Shown: positions 12,399 through 24,296 of the stretch, piece by piece
Numbering within the stretch: the stretch's first letter is position 1
How the letters are laid out: each line of letters begins with the position of its first letter
DNA from: Eledone cirrhosa
Taxonomy: Eukaryota
DNA length: 64,000 nt
Reading direction: 5' to 3'
Assembly (NCBI GenBank): GCA_964016885.1
Contig: OZ024740.1
Location: forward strand, 130,014,001 to 130,078,000
Notes under the pieces: generated by a model
What the model saw: the letters and a program-made list of their open reading frames with translations, nothing else
Told to the model about the DNA's origin: nothing
The model's database searches: none
Translations under genes and position numbers: made by a program

Positions 12399-13399
12399 TA
12401 CTTGTTTCAATTACATTATTAAGAAAGTGGGGCATTCAATTTTAAGCACACACGATACGTTATATAAAATTATGACGTATTGTATCTATGTATATTCTGT
12501 GGTATATCTATATCCAACAAGCGTACCAAGATTGCATGTTCTAATGAACAATGTTACTTAGATGAACATTAGAAGTCGGCTGTGGCTGAATTAAAGTGAT
12601 GTATATAATGAAAGACTATCACGTCGAATTTTTGAAGACATACCGGCTAGGATTCTAGAATAATGCATTTTAGTTCAGATCAAGATTTAACACTGATTCC
12701 GGGATAACAGTGAACAATGTTTCGGTGAGCATTTTACATTAGGTCTCGCTTCATTATGTTCCCTAAAAAAAAAATAAAACAATTTCCAATAATCAAAATA
12801 TAGTAAAGTAATATATCTAACTCTCTTAATTAATCTAATGTTTCAAAAGGCTATATTTGAACAGTAAAAATAGGATACACGTCGTATTAGACGAAAACGT
12901 AAACGATATTTGACAACATAGCTAATATGCAATAATTAATATGTCATGTATTTATAAAGCAACATTAATGAATTATATCTACATATAATGGAAAGTTTAT
13001 TATAAAACATTTAAATGCGTAATGTTATTTTTGTATTTATTCATTATAGTTATACATTAAATTAATTCAATGGGATTTGATATTATGCTATTAAATTTGC
13101 AATCATTGCAAATTTATAATTAATTCCTTATAACATTATTATATTATGTCTGATATAGTTCCTATATTAATCATAGCGTATTTTCTTTTCTAGCTTATTC
13201 TTCTTGTCGAAACTATTATCATATCCATTAAACTGGAGTTGCTTTGAAAAAAATATAAATAGGTCATTGATTTCAGAAATATTTTCATTACGCTCAATGA
13301 ACGATTACTAGGAGCGAGTGAACACAAATTCTAGAGTTCCCTTCAATAAATCTGAGGTTTTAACAGTTCGTTACGAGATTTAATTTCAATGTTATAACG

Positions 13400-13413
13400 T
13401 TCTTCTTCTTCTT

Positions 13414-13503
<90 letters not shown>

Positions 13504-13512
13504 GTTATTGTT
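13400..13512. repeat. (TTC)n(TTA)n microsatellite at the 3' end of the R4/Dong element
   Basis: Direct reading. Confidence 0.95.
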
Positions 13513-13514
13513 AT

Positions 13515-16500
13515 TCCTTGAATCTCAGTCATTGATGTTGGTTAACTGGAAAGTCCGTTGGATTGAATATCAAGCCACTACCTGCAGCCTCAGATATTCA
13601 GGACGTATCGGAGGGTTCTTGCTGTTCCAAGCAAGCATGCCTTTTGAAGCGTTCCAAAAAGCGTGAAGGGGCCGATTTTCTTTAACCATCCCTGGAAACT
13701 TTTGGAGATAGTCCCCAGTGCGCCTATGACAATCGGGATCACTTTGACTTCATGGCAGTTCCAAATCCTTTTCACCTCACACTTTAGGTCCTGGTATCGG
13801 TTAATTTTCTCCCTCTCCTTCTCTTGCACTCTCGTGTCGAACGGGCAGGCCACATCCACAATCAGGCACGATCTTTTTTCTTTGTCCACAACCACCAGGT
13901 CAGGTCTATTGTGTTCCAGTTTTTTGTCCGTCTGTATCCTAAAATCCCACAGCACCTTCACCTGATTGTTCTCCATCACCGCCTCTGGCCTATGCTCATA
14001 CCATTTCTCAGAATGTGGTAGATTGTTTACTTTGCACAGGTGCCAGTGGATCACCCTGCCCATCACATCGTGTCTCCAGCCCTTATAGTGGGTCCGGGCT
14101 AGGTGTTTACACTCAGACACAATGTGAGCCACAGTCTCCTCTCTCTCTCCACAGATCCTGCACAGTGGGCTAGCCTCCTCCTTGTAGATATGGTGCTTCA
14201 ACCACTTCGTTTTGAGGGCCTGCTCCTGCGCAGCCATTAGCATTCCTTCTGTAGCCTTTTTGAGGTCTCCTCTTCTCAACCAGTTCCATGTCTGTGGATC
14301 TCTAAATTCAGTTTTCTCAAAGAAGGTACTATGAAGGGGTTTTCCCTTAAGGCTGCTCTTCCTCCTTGATGTTATTTCCTCCCTGGACATCCCCTGGCCT
14401 ACTGTCCCCTCCTTCAGTACAGTTCTGAGCATTGGCTCCTTACTATAGGTCACGTATTTGTATAGGTTGTTTTTCTCCATCTGAACACAGTCCTCTATGC
14501 TGATAAGACCTCTTCCACCCTCAGATCTCCTTAGGTAGAGTCTATCGACATCACTCCTCTTGTGGAACATGTTGTAGATAGTCAATAGCTTCCTAGTCTT
14601 CCTATCCATTTCTTTCTGTTCAGCAACATTCCATCTCAGAATTCCCGCACTGTACCTAATAATAGACACAGCTCGGGAATTTACTGCACTTATGGCATTT
14701 CTGCTGTTCAGATGTGACTTCAATACGCTCCTTACTCTCCGAATGTATTCAGTTCTTAACAATTCCTTCATTTTTTTGTTCTTTATGCCATCAGCCTCCA
14801 GAACGCCCAAATACTTGTATCCTTCCTCAGAGTCTATTTCCTTTATCATCTCACCTGTTGGTATCTGGATCCCGTTACTTCTGCTCAACCTACCCCTCTT
14901 CATCACAATGACTCCACATTTACCAATACCAAACTGCATACATATATCACTGCTGAAAATACGGACAGTGTCAACAAGCACATCCAACTCCTTCTCACTT
15001 TTCCCGAAGAGCTTAAGATCGTCCATGAAGAGGAGGTGATTGATGGTAAGCTCTCCCCTTCCCAACTTGTATCCTGCTCTCACTTTTCGCAGCATAATGG
15101 TCAAGGGCATCAGGGCAAGGACAAACAACAGAGGGGACAGGCTATCTCCCTGGAAGATACCTCTCTTGATCTTCACGCTTCCCAAGGATACTCCAGTTGA
15201 TGTCAACTCTGTCTCCCAGGACCCCATACTCCTGCCTAGCAACTGTCTGATGTTATCTGCCACCCTGAAGATCTCCAGGCTTTTGGTGATCCAGGATTGA
15301 GGCACCATGTCAAATGCCTTTCTATAGTCTATCCATCCCATGGCAAGATCAGTGTGTCTCCTCCTGCAATTCCCCATTACCATCTTATCAATAAGCAACT
15401 GGTCCTTTGTACCACGTGACTTCTTTCGGCATCCTTTCTGTTCGTCCGGTAACAAGTTGTTTGTGTGGAGGTGATGTTAGATTTCCTCAGACACAATGCT
15501 CGTCAACAGTTTCCACATTACGGGCAGACATGTGATAGGTCTATAGTTGGTAGCATCATTACCCTTGATTCGGTCTTTTATTATCAGAACTGTGGTACCT
15601 TTTGTCAACCACTCTGGCACCTCACCCGACACCAAGCAGTCATTGAACATGGCCGTCAGCTTCGGGTGGAGGGATGTTAGATGTTTAATCCAATACCCCT
15701 GCACACCATCTGGGCCTGGTGATTTCCAGTTGGTTAGTTTTTTGGCTTGCCCCTTAAGAGTTTCAACTGTGATACTCAAATCAGTCTGTTGCTGTGCCTG
15801 CTCACCGATCTCCCTCTGTACTGTCTCAATCCATCCTGCCTGGGCATTGTGTCTAACATCCTGCTCCCATATTCCTCTCCAGAATGTTTTAGTTTGCTCC
15901 GCCCCAGGGATCAAGTCGTTGCCTCTTTCTTTGCCCTCAAGCTGTCCAAACAGCATCTTCTGGTTGTTGTCGAACATGCGGTTCTGTTTATACTGACTGA
16001 CTCTGTTCTCGTATCGCCTGATTTTTGCACTCTTAGCTACAATGCGTTGCTTCAATTCCTCTATGATAATATTTAGCTTTTTACTCCTAGTTTTGTATTT
16101 TATTTCCAGTCTATTTTTAGTGCCTATGTTTTTTAGTGTCCCATTCAGTAGTGACTCAAGATTTCCTATGTCATTCCTCATTTCCCCGATTTGCCCACTC
16201 AGTCGCTTCTTCCACCACGGCTCTGCTCTTTCTTGTCTGTTGTTTCCTCTCGCTTTTATACCAAGTAGTTTCCTCACCGTATTTGCTGTTGCTCTGAGGA
16301 TATTGTTGCACTGGTGAAGGCTCCTCGCCTCAAGGTATGGGATGACTTTGTTTACCTTAGCTGTTGTTTCTTTTAACGTTTTCCTGTCTACAAATCTTAG
16401 GTTCATAGGTCTCCCACTATCATTGTTCAATTCATCTACCACTAAATTTAGGATGTCAACCGAATCTTGTCCTAGCCCGTCAGCATTCATCTCCTCAGTG

Positions 16501-17030
16501 GCCGTATCTCTGTTCCAGGTATTATTTATCTCAGTACTCAGACCATTGTCTGCTTCGGGTGGTTCCTCCGTTCTCAGGACCTCCTCACCTTCATTTCCCA
16601 CCGGCTCGCTTGTCTGGCATACTACACCCGCCATCTCCAAGCCATTCTCTCTGCTCAGTTCCTCCAGTTCCAGCTCGCTTATCCACCCATTAGTTCTTAG
16701 TTCTTAGCATTGCATAACAGTTCTATTCAATTATTTCGTCCAGTTGGTTATGGCCCCTTTCCTTCTTCTCCTTCCTCCAACATCAGCAGTATTTGGTTGA
16801 CAGTCAGGTTCCTGCTGCTGAGCCAGGGGGCACCTGTTGGGTGAGAGTCTGTCACATGACGTTCTAGTCTCCATTTCACCGTTATTCGAACTGTTTATGT
16901 TCGATATTTAAACACTCTTATCGAGGATTGGCGAATGTATGTTTACATAGCCATCTGTGGATCCGCCATCCCACTTGGCCCTTGTGTGGCATTATCACCA
17001 CGCTGTATACGAACACACATAAACAAACAA
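13515..17030 (-). mobile_element. R4/Dong-clade non-LTR retrotransposon (RT plus restriction-like endonuclease)
   Basis: Single-ORF architecture, short 3' UTR running into (TAA)n, and an N-terminal WTK…VMQC remnant at ~16705-16750. The 5' boundary is approximate. Confidence 0.85.
13590..16640 (-). pseudogene. RT/CCHC/REL polyprotein with one in-frame stop at 15477-15479
   Basis: WKSPGPDG, NYRPITCL, EQKGCR…[59 protein letters not shown]…IVDVACP…EKINRY. The two track ORFs are in the same frame. Confidence 0.92.
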
Positions 17031-17099
17031 ACACACAGGCAGAAAGGGCCCCAAAAATGAATAAGCATAAGTTTCATTGTAATGTAGTGTTCGAATGTC

Positions 17100-17940
17100 T
17101 GACTTAGTTTTAGTTTTTTAAGTTTTACTTTTTCCCCCCTCTTCTCTGTCCGTCCGCCTGCTTCTCTCTTCATTCTTATTTTCTTTACGTTTTTGGGGTT
17201 TCTTTTTTTTGTTTTTGTTTTTCTCTGTTTGTTTTTCTCGTTTTTTGCTGTTGTTGCTCTGCTGCTTTGGTTTTGTTGTTTGTTTTTTCTTTTTTCTTTT
17301 GGGTCTATCTATATATTTTGATGCCTTCCTCTTTGTTAGTAGTAGGAATTCTATAATGTGGAAGTAGCAGCCAGCAGGGAAGTGGGAGACTGGCGGCGTT
17401 AGCTATACTGAGACAGTGGTGGTGGTGATGTCGATACCGAGGCAGTGGTGGCGGTGATCTGACAGTATTACTGTAGTGATGGTGCTGTAGCGGAGTCAAG
17501 GGGTGGTGGCGGCGGTGATGGGATAGTGGTGGTAATGATGGCCGTAGTGAGCGGTGGCGGTGAAGGTGAAAATGTGTCGTTATCTGGCTGTTGTGTTTAG
17601 TGTACACAGATGATGGGGTGGGTGGTGTATCTAGTTTCTGGTGTTGGTGAGTTCAGCTGTCCTATATAGTGTAGCCAGAGGAGAGGAGGGGAGGGGTTCT
17701 TCTTCCATTTATAGCCATTTTTTTTTTTTTTTTGGATATACAGTGTACAAAGTTGAATATTTGAATATTTGAGCCTTATAACAATATATTTTGGGTCCGA
17801 ATTTTTTGGGGCTCAAGCCGGGTGCTTTACGTAGCATTTGTACTAAGAGTTGTTATTTCACAAATGGTTTAAATATGTTAAAAATTCAAAACTTACGGGA
17901 GCGATTTCATGACCTCCGTCACCTCGTGCGTCTTCTTATA
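17100..17940 (-). mobile_element. Possible decayed 5' end/ORF1 remnant of an L1/Tx1-like element
   Basis: Poly-A then ATGGCT start, CAC/ACC-rich and Lys-rich tracts like the ORF1s at 18378 and 24300. No conserved domain is left. Confidence 0.35.
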
Positions 17941-17954
17941 CATATATGTGTGTG

Positions 17955-18039
<85 letters not shown>

Positions 18040-18092
18040 GTGCCTTATATATTTACATATATACTTTTGTTTAAGTTCACATACATGCTTAT

Positions 18093-18113
18093 ATTATTAT
18101 TATTATTATTATA

Positions 18114-18168
<55 letters not shown>
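18093..18168. repeat. (TTA)n microsatellite, 5' flank of LINE copy 1
   Basis: Direct reading. Confidence 0.95.
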
Positions 18169-18171
<3 letters not shown>

Positions 18172-18665
18172 CGACCTACTTAGTAAATCGTATCATCGTG
18201 AGCTCCGCAAAGGTTTGTTATTTCCGTTTGTTAAAAATTGTCATTTATGGAAAATTTTATTGTTAACTGTTTATAAGCGCACATACATTGTTTTCCGAAA
18301 AGGACACCCAAAAAGATTGGGGCCTTGTGCCCAAAATGTTAACTTTTATTATTATCCAAAAATTTCTTTGAAAAAAAATGGCTAATTCCCCTCTGCACGA
18401 AGCAGCTGAAAGCCTTCCTCACAAAATAACTCCTCACACCGACACCACCATTGTAAATGTTACTACGTTTGCCAACACAAAAAAAAATATAAGCAGTAGC
18501 AATATTTTAAATTTGTCTCAGGCAGACATTCATTTCACGCCATTACCAATTACTGCAGGTGTTAAAGCCTCCACCACCACCACCACCGCGACAACCACCA
18601 CCCCCACCACCACCGCGACAACAGAAACAAAAGAAGAAAAAAATTAATTAACTCGTGATGTCGAA

Positions 18666-20369
18666 ATGAAATCAAGCAAAATGGACTCTTCCGCACCAAA
18701 GACGAATGACGTCACCACCACCACAACTGAAACAAAAATTAAGATTAACACAAATAACGATAGCAACAACAACAACAATGACATTATAAAACCGACCCTC
18801 AGTTTCGCCATCGGAGCAAAACAATTCGAAGCGTTCACGGTAACTCAAGAGGATTTAGAAAATGCCAAACAAATGGCAAAGAAAGATAGGTACAGGGTCA
18901 GCCTCACCCCCCCACCTAATAAAATGGAGCATCGGCGCCTGTGCACCGTGTCGTATAGAACAATAAATGTAAAATCGCGCCGAGTGGAACGGGCATCCGA
19001 GTCCCAAATCAAAACAGCTTTGGGACATGTGTGGGCAAGAAAAACCCACATCAGACGTGGGCAAAAGTATGGAACCGTGGATGTGTTCTTTGAAACAACA
19101 GAGGAGGCTAGAGAACACTCAATGGCCCCATTAAAAAGTGACGACCTCACACTCGTCCCAAGCTATTGTGGCCAGAGACTCGTAAAGGTCAGGGTGACCC
19201 ACGTTCCACCGGCCATCGAAATTCCCTGGCTAATAGCGGCTGTCATCGCCGGCATCGAAGCCAACACGAAAATAATAGCAGTAGCAAAAGAAAAGCAGGA
19301 AAACTGGTCCGGATTTGGGATGGAGCTCGTGATCCAAGCGGACCAAAAAAGCATTGAGGAGATCCCAGAGGTAATAGACCTCACTGACGGCAGCTACCTC
19401 ACGGTAATTGTCGAGGGCAGAAGACCTAGGTGTGTCGTTTGTGGTGAAGGAACCCACCTAAGGGCTTTCTGCCCTCAGGCTAAAAGGTTGAGGCCACCTC
19501 TCCTACCCACCCCAGTGACACATCCATCAACACCACCAGTAGCACAGATGTCAGCAACAACTGTAGCAGCAACAACAGAAGCAACTATAACAGCAACAAC
19601 CCCAGCAACAGTAGCAAAACCAACACCACTACCACCAACAGCAAAACCAACACAACCACCCAACGCTTCAGAACTAGCACCAGCACCTACACCATCCACC
19701 ACACCACAACCAAAACTAACGGCTGTGGAGGATTTTCCACTCCCCGGCCTATCACAACTGGAGACAGATTGTGACGACGTGGAGTTGGAAACGATATCCG
19801 GAAAAAAAAAAAGAAACCAAAAAAGAAAAAATTCTCTTCCTTCCCCATCCAAAAACAAAATACAGAGGGAAACAAATAAAATAAGAAACAAAAAAGTTAG
19901 GACAGATATGCCACCATCCACACCAGCATCACCAACCCCATCAACCCAAACACCAACACCATCACCATCATTAACTCCAACACCACCATCACCTACACCA
20001 CAAAAGTCACCAAAATGCGAAACAGAAACAAACCCACAACAAACGCAAACAAAACAAAACAACCAAAACGATACACACTACACAGCATTAAATTTGAACA
20101 ACAAGCAATTATTACACTACATCCAACACAACACCAGCATCACAGAAAAAGACTACACAACAACCCCAAAATTCACACCACCTCCACACATACAAATCAC
20201 TCGCATCACACAGAAAACGTACATGACACTAAAACAAAAATTCCCCAAAGACATCGGAGACTTCCGACAAGCACTCTCCAGGAGGATGTATAAGGACATC
20301 CTTCCTGAGGAGGCCACAAGCAATGAAAAGGATGGAAAAGCCGTCCTTCCCCTACGAGAAGTAAGGTAA
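18666..20369 (+). CDS. LINE ORF1 (gag-like; CCHC knuckle, Pro/Thr-rich tail)
   Basis: 567-aa ORF with CVVCGEGTHLRAFC, homologous to the ORFs at 24671 and 62608. The true start is possibly 18378 with a frameshift. Confidence 0.8.
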   Translation: MKSSKMDSSAPKTNDVTTTTTETKIKINTNNDSNNNNNDIIKPTLSFAIGAKQFEAFTVTQEDLENAKQMAKKDRYRVSLTPPPNKMEHRRLCTVSYRTINVKSRRVERASESQIKTALGHVWARKTHIRRGQKYGTVDVFFETTEEAREHSMAPLKSDDLTLVPSYCGQRLVKVRVTHVPPAIEIPWLIAAVIAGIEANTKIIAVAKEKQENWSGFGMELVIQADQKSIEEIPEVIDLTDGSYLTVIVEGRRPRCVVCGEGTHLRAFCPQAKRLRPPLLPTPVTHPSTPPVAQMSATTVAATTEATITATTPATVAKPTPLPPTAKPTQPPNASELAPAPTPSTTPQPKLTAVEDFPLPGLSQLETDCDDVELETISGKKKRNQKRKNSLPSPSKNKIQRETNKIRNKKVRTDMPPSTPASPTPSTQTPTPSPSLTPTPPSPTPQKSPKCETETNPQQTQTKQNNQNDTHYTALNLNNKQLLHYIQHNTSITEKDYTTTPKFTPPPHIQITRITQKTYMTLKQKFPKDIGDFRQALSRRMYKDILPEEATSNEKDGKAVLPLREVR

Positions 20370-20403
20370 GTGGTCTTTCCCATCTTTTCCACTCCTTTTC
20401 AAC

Positions 20404-23400
20404 ATGACCTCACTCAGAATAGGCAGCATAAATGCGCTTGGCTTGGGGTCGTCATGGAAGCAGGGCCACCTGCTCAACGACCTCAGGTCACTAAACATAG
20501 ATGTAGTGGCCATCAGCGAGACCAGAATCTCCGAAGCACAGGCTTTCGCACCGATCTTCGGCGGCTACGATGTGTACGCATCTCCCAGCTGTCCGGGATC
20601 GGGGGGAGGAGTTGCTGTGCTTTTTCGGAGAGGTTTGGATCTTGCCATACGGGCCATCTTGCTGGACCCAGAAGGTAAGTTGGTGGTGCTGGACGTGACC
20701 AGCGGAGACGGGCAAGCTTTTAGGTTAGTGGCCGTCTATGCCCCGTCAGGAGCAGGGCGGCCTGATTTCTTCCGGCGTCTGGAGACCTTTCTTGGAACGT
20801 CCCGCTCTTTAGTGTTAGTGGGCGACTGGAACGGGATCTTAGATGCACGCTGGGATTGTGTGGGATAAGTGGATAGGGAAGGAGGGTGCAAGAGTCTCAC
20901 CAACCTGCTCAGACGTTTTGAACTGTCTGACAGGTACCGAATGGATTTCCCGAATGTACCAATGTGGACTTGGACAAATCGCATAGGGTCATCCAGATCA
21001 TATCTAGATAGAGTATTTTGTAGGGAAATAGATAGGTCTAGCATAGGCTGTCCACAATTCAAGATAGTCAGCTACACGGACCACAAATTCGTGATCTGTG
21101 TGCTTGACTTAGATAGGCTTCATAGACGAGGATCCGGCTACTGGAAGCTAAACGCGTCCTTACCAGCGCACAAGGCCTACAGAGACCGGATTAGCGAACT
21201 AGTTAAGCGGGCGTTGACGGGGGCCATCGTCAACAACAAGTGGTGGGTTGCTCTGAAAAGAGCAATTAGAATAGAGTCCATTAGGTTTAGTAAGACTTTA
21301 GCAATAGAGAAAAATAGAGCAGAGGGAGAATTAGTTAGAAAATTAGATGAGGCGCTTAGCAAAGGCATCGCGACCGACGTACTTGCGGCGAAATTGGCCC
21401 TTGAACAATTCTTCAATGCAAAGCACGAAGGCTGCGCTGTCAGAGCTAGGGTGCGTGCTCTCAGACACGAGGGGACGAAAGCCGTTCAATGGGCCCGAGT
21501 GGCGGAGGCGCGTCGTGGGAACAAAGCCACGATCCGGTCTTTGGTGGACCACGACGGGCGCATGCTACTCGATCCCGGGCAAATGTGTTAAGCTTTTCAG
21601 CGACACTTCGCTCAACTGTTCGGGGGCAGTGGCGGGCCGGACGAGGGATGGACGTTAGTGTCTACCTCGACGGACTGCCGCGGCTTTCGGCCACTGAGGC
21701 GGAGTGTTGCGAAAAGCCGATAACAACCGCTGAAGTACGGGATGCACTGACTAGTTGCACAAGGGGTAAATCGCCTGGTTTGGATGGTCTGCCCTATGAA
21801 CTTTACGTACAAATGCCAAACTTGTTCGGAGGCCTCTTGGCGGACGTCTACTGCAACTGGCAACAGAACGGGAGAATTCCCAGCTCTGTGAGCCGAGGAG
21901 CGGTGGCGCTGCTGAGAAAGGATCCGAACAAGGGGGATAACATAGATAATTTTAGGCCCATAACTCTGCTAAACACAGAGTTCAAGATTTTGGCCAAGGT
22001 GCTAGCAAAGAGGTTGGCGCTTGTCGATGGTGGTCTGGTGGGAGAGGCACAGACATGCGCCATTCCCGACAGATCCATCCACGACAACCTCCACCTCATG
22101 CGATACATCGTAGAGAGGGTAGCTAGGGAAGCTGGCATGGGTGGGTCTTTGATCAATTTAGATCAGTCGAAAGCCTTCGATAGGGTCGACCATCGTTACC
22201 TAACGACAGTCCTGAGGGCGGCTGGCTTTGGGCCCGTCTTCAGAGGCTGGATCTCTGCCATGAACAGCAACATCTGCTCTGTAGTGAGAGTGAACGGTCA
22301 CCTTTCGGAACCGTTCAACATTATGCGCTCGGTCCGCCAAGGATGTCCCCTCTCGTCCCTATTGTACGTATTGACTCTCGAGCCATTACTGCACAAACTG
22401 GAGACGTTGAGGGGGTCCCGCGCGAACTAGGATGCGGAAGATCCGTGTCAGCATATGCCGACGATGTCACCGTAGTTGTGTCGAACGCCAAACACATCGA
22501 GGCGATCGGCACTACACTAAGAGAATACGAAGCGGTGACAGGAGCAATGATCAACCAGGAAAAGTCAGTGGGCCTGCAGCTCGGCACCTGGAGAGGCAGG
22601 TCCATGCCGTCCAACAGCGTCGTCGGGCGCTGGACGGACGGACCAGTTAAATTGCTAGGGGTCTGGTTCGGTCCAGACCTCCAGACGGACAAAAACTGGG
22701 ACGAGGTGACGAGCAGGGTGGCTTCTCTCACCCAGAAATGGGCCGAGAGGAAGCTATCCCTGAAAGGTCGAGCGGAGGTGGCGAATGCGTACATCGCATC
22801 CGTCATCTACTACCGCCTGACCGTCGTACCTTGTCCTAAGCCCCGCCTGACTGCGCTGGAGCGTTTGCTCTTTCGCTTCTTGTGGAAGGGACGCGCTCCG
22901 ATGGTCAGGCGGTCCATCTGCTGTCAACACCCACTACGTGGAGGGCTGGGCATGCCGTGGCTGATGATGCGCAGACATGCGCTCAGGCTACGACATCTCC
23001 ACCTCTTACTCGACGGTGATCAGGTGTGGTCGCCGTTTGCTAGACACGTTTTTCCCCAGCTCGTCTCCTTGACGGAGCTGCAGTCCTGGGTCAAGCGAAG
23101 ACCGAGAGGAAGCGCTTGGAGACTGGAATGTCTTCAGGCGCTCACAGCCCTCGGCCAATCGGGCAATGTGATCGGTGGAAACTCCACCTTGGCGTTCTAT
23201 AGGGGATTAGTGGAGGGGAAGAGCGACGACGTACTTGGAGAAACTCTAGGCGTCGACGAAAATCAACTAGCCAATCTCTTCGGAAGGACTTTCGGGCCGG
23301 GGCCTATGGACAACTTCCAGAAATCCCTGGCCTGGCAGTGCTACCGAGGAGCTTTGCCAGTTCGGGATAAACTCTACAGGCATGGAGGTGCCGTCAGCCG

Positions 23401-23821
23401 GGCATGTCCGAGATGCGCGCAGGGCGACGAAACCGTCCTGCACGCACTCGTCCAGTGTCCGAGCATTGCTGACTTGTGGGTTTATGTCGAACACCTGCTG
23501 TCACGTGTAGGACGGATCCAGCTATCACCTGAGTCCATCGTGAGGATTGCCCCGCCCCCTTCCTTTAGCCTGGAAGGGCAGGCAGTTTTTATCTGTCTGG
23601 TGGCCATGGCGAAAGAGATAGTATGGTGGACACGTTTGAAAGGGCTGAAGGCGAGCACTTACCTCTTCGGTGATGCCCTGATTAACTTTTTCAAATTTCA
23701 TTTGAAAAGGAAAATCAGGGTAGAGAGGGAAGTGCTCTCTTCCCAGCATTTTGTTGAAATATGGGTGAGAGAAGCAAGTATGGCCCGAATGAATGGGCCT
23801 TCTCTGAGTATGTGTCTGTAA
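20404..23821 (+). pseudogene. LINE ORF2 (AP endonuclease, reverse transcriptase, C-terminal CCHC), disrupted
   Basis: SINALG, ISET, VYAP, GDWN, YLDR, TDH, GYWKLN, KSPGLDG, FRPITLLN, DQSKAFDRV, RQGCPLS, YADD, CPRCAQGDETVLHALVQC. At least two stops and two frameshifts. Confidence 0.92.
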
Positions 23822-24046
23822 ATTAAAGGTGGAAAACTGGGAGAGGGCACTTGCCCTGGTGGTCAGGGCCACTGTGGTCTTTTAATGGGCTTTCTCCACA
23901 AATGTCCCTCGGAAGTCTCCCCCCTATTGGGAAATTTCATCCTCTGTTTTTTTTACACGCAGAAATGCCCATTTGTACCGTCCTGTATTGTCCTGTACTG
24001 TCCTTAATGTCTACTTTATGTAAACCCTTGTGGTTAATAAAGAAAA

Positions 24047-24047
<1 letters not shown>

Positions 24048-24093
<46 letters not shown>
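24048..24093. repeat. (TTA)n between the two tandem LINEs
   Basis: Direct reading. Confidence 0.95.
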
Positions 24094-24096
<3 letters not shown>

Positions 24097-24296
24097 GGCC
24101 GCACATGTGTGAAGACAGACAAGTCTGCGGGGGAAAAGGTTAGTAGCTTTAAGCTGTTTTAAAGTGTCTTTTTTTTGTATTTTCTTGTCATTAACGAAAC
24201 TTAAGGTACACATCTTGATTTAAAGAGAGGGATACCTCTCAATATTCGGGCTTTATTCAGATTTATTTTTAAAATCTTCCCCACCAAAAGAAAATT

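Larger units (their letters stand above)
18169..24047 (+). mobile_element. Full-length L1/Tx1-like LINE, copy 1
   Basis: 5' UTR, ORF1, ORF2 (APE-RT-CCHC), 3' UTR with AATAAA at ~24035. (TTA)n on both sides. Confidence 0.9.

Noticed and set aside
16900-17100. Possible HDV-like ribozyme at the R4/Dong 5' end
   Set aside because: I could not assemble the nested double pseudoknot by eye, and the 5' boundary is uncertain.
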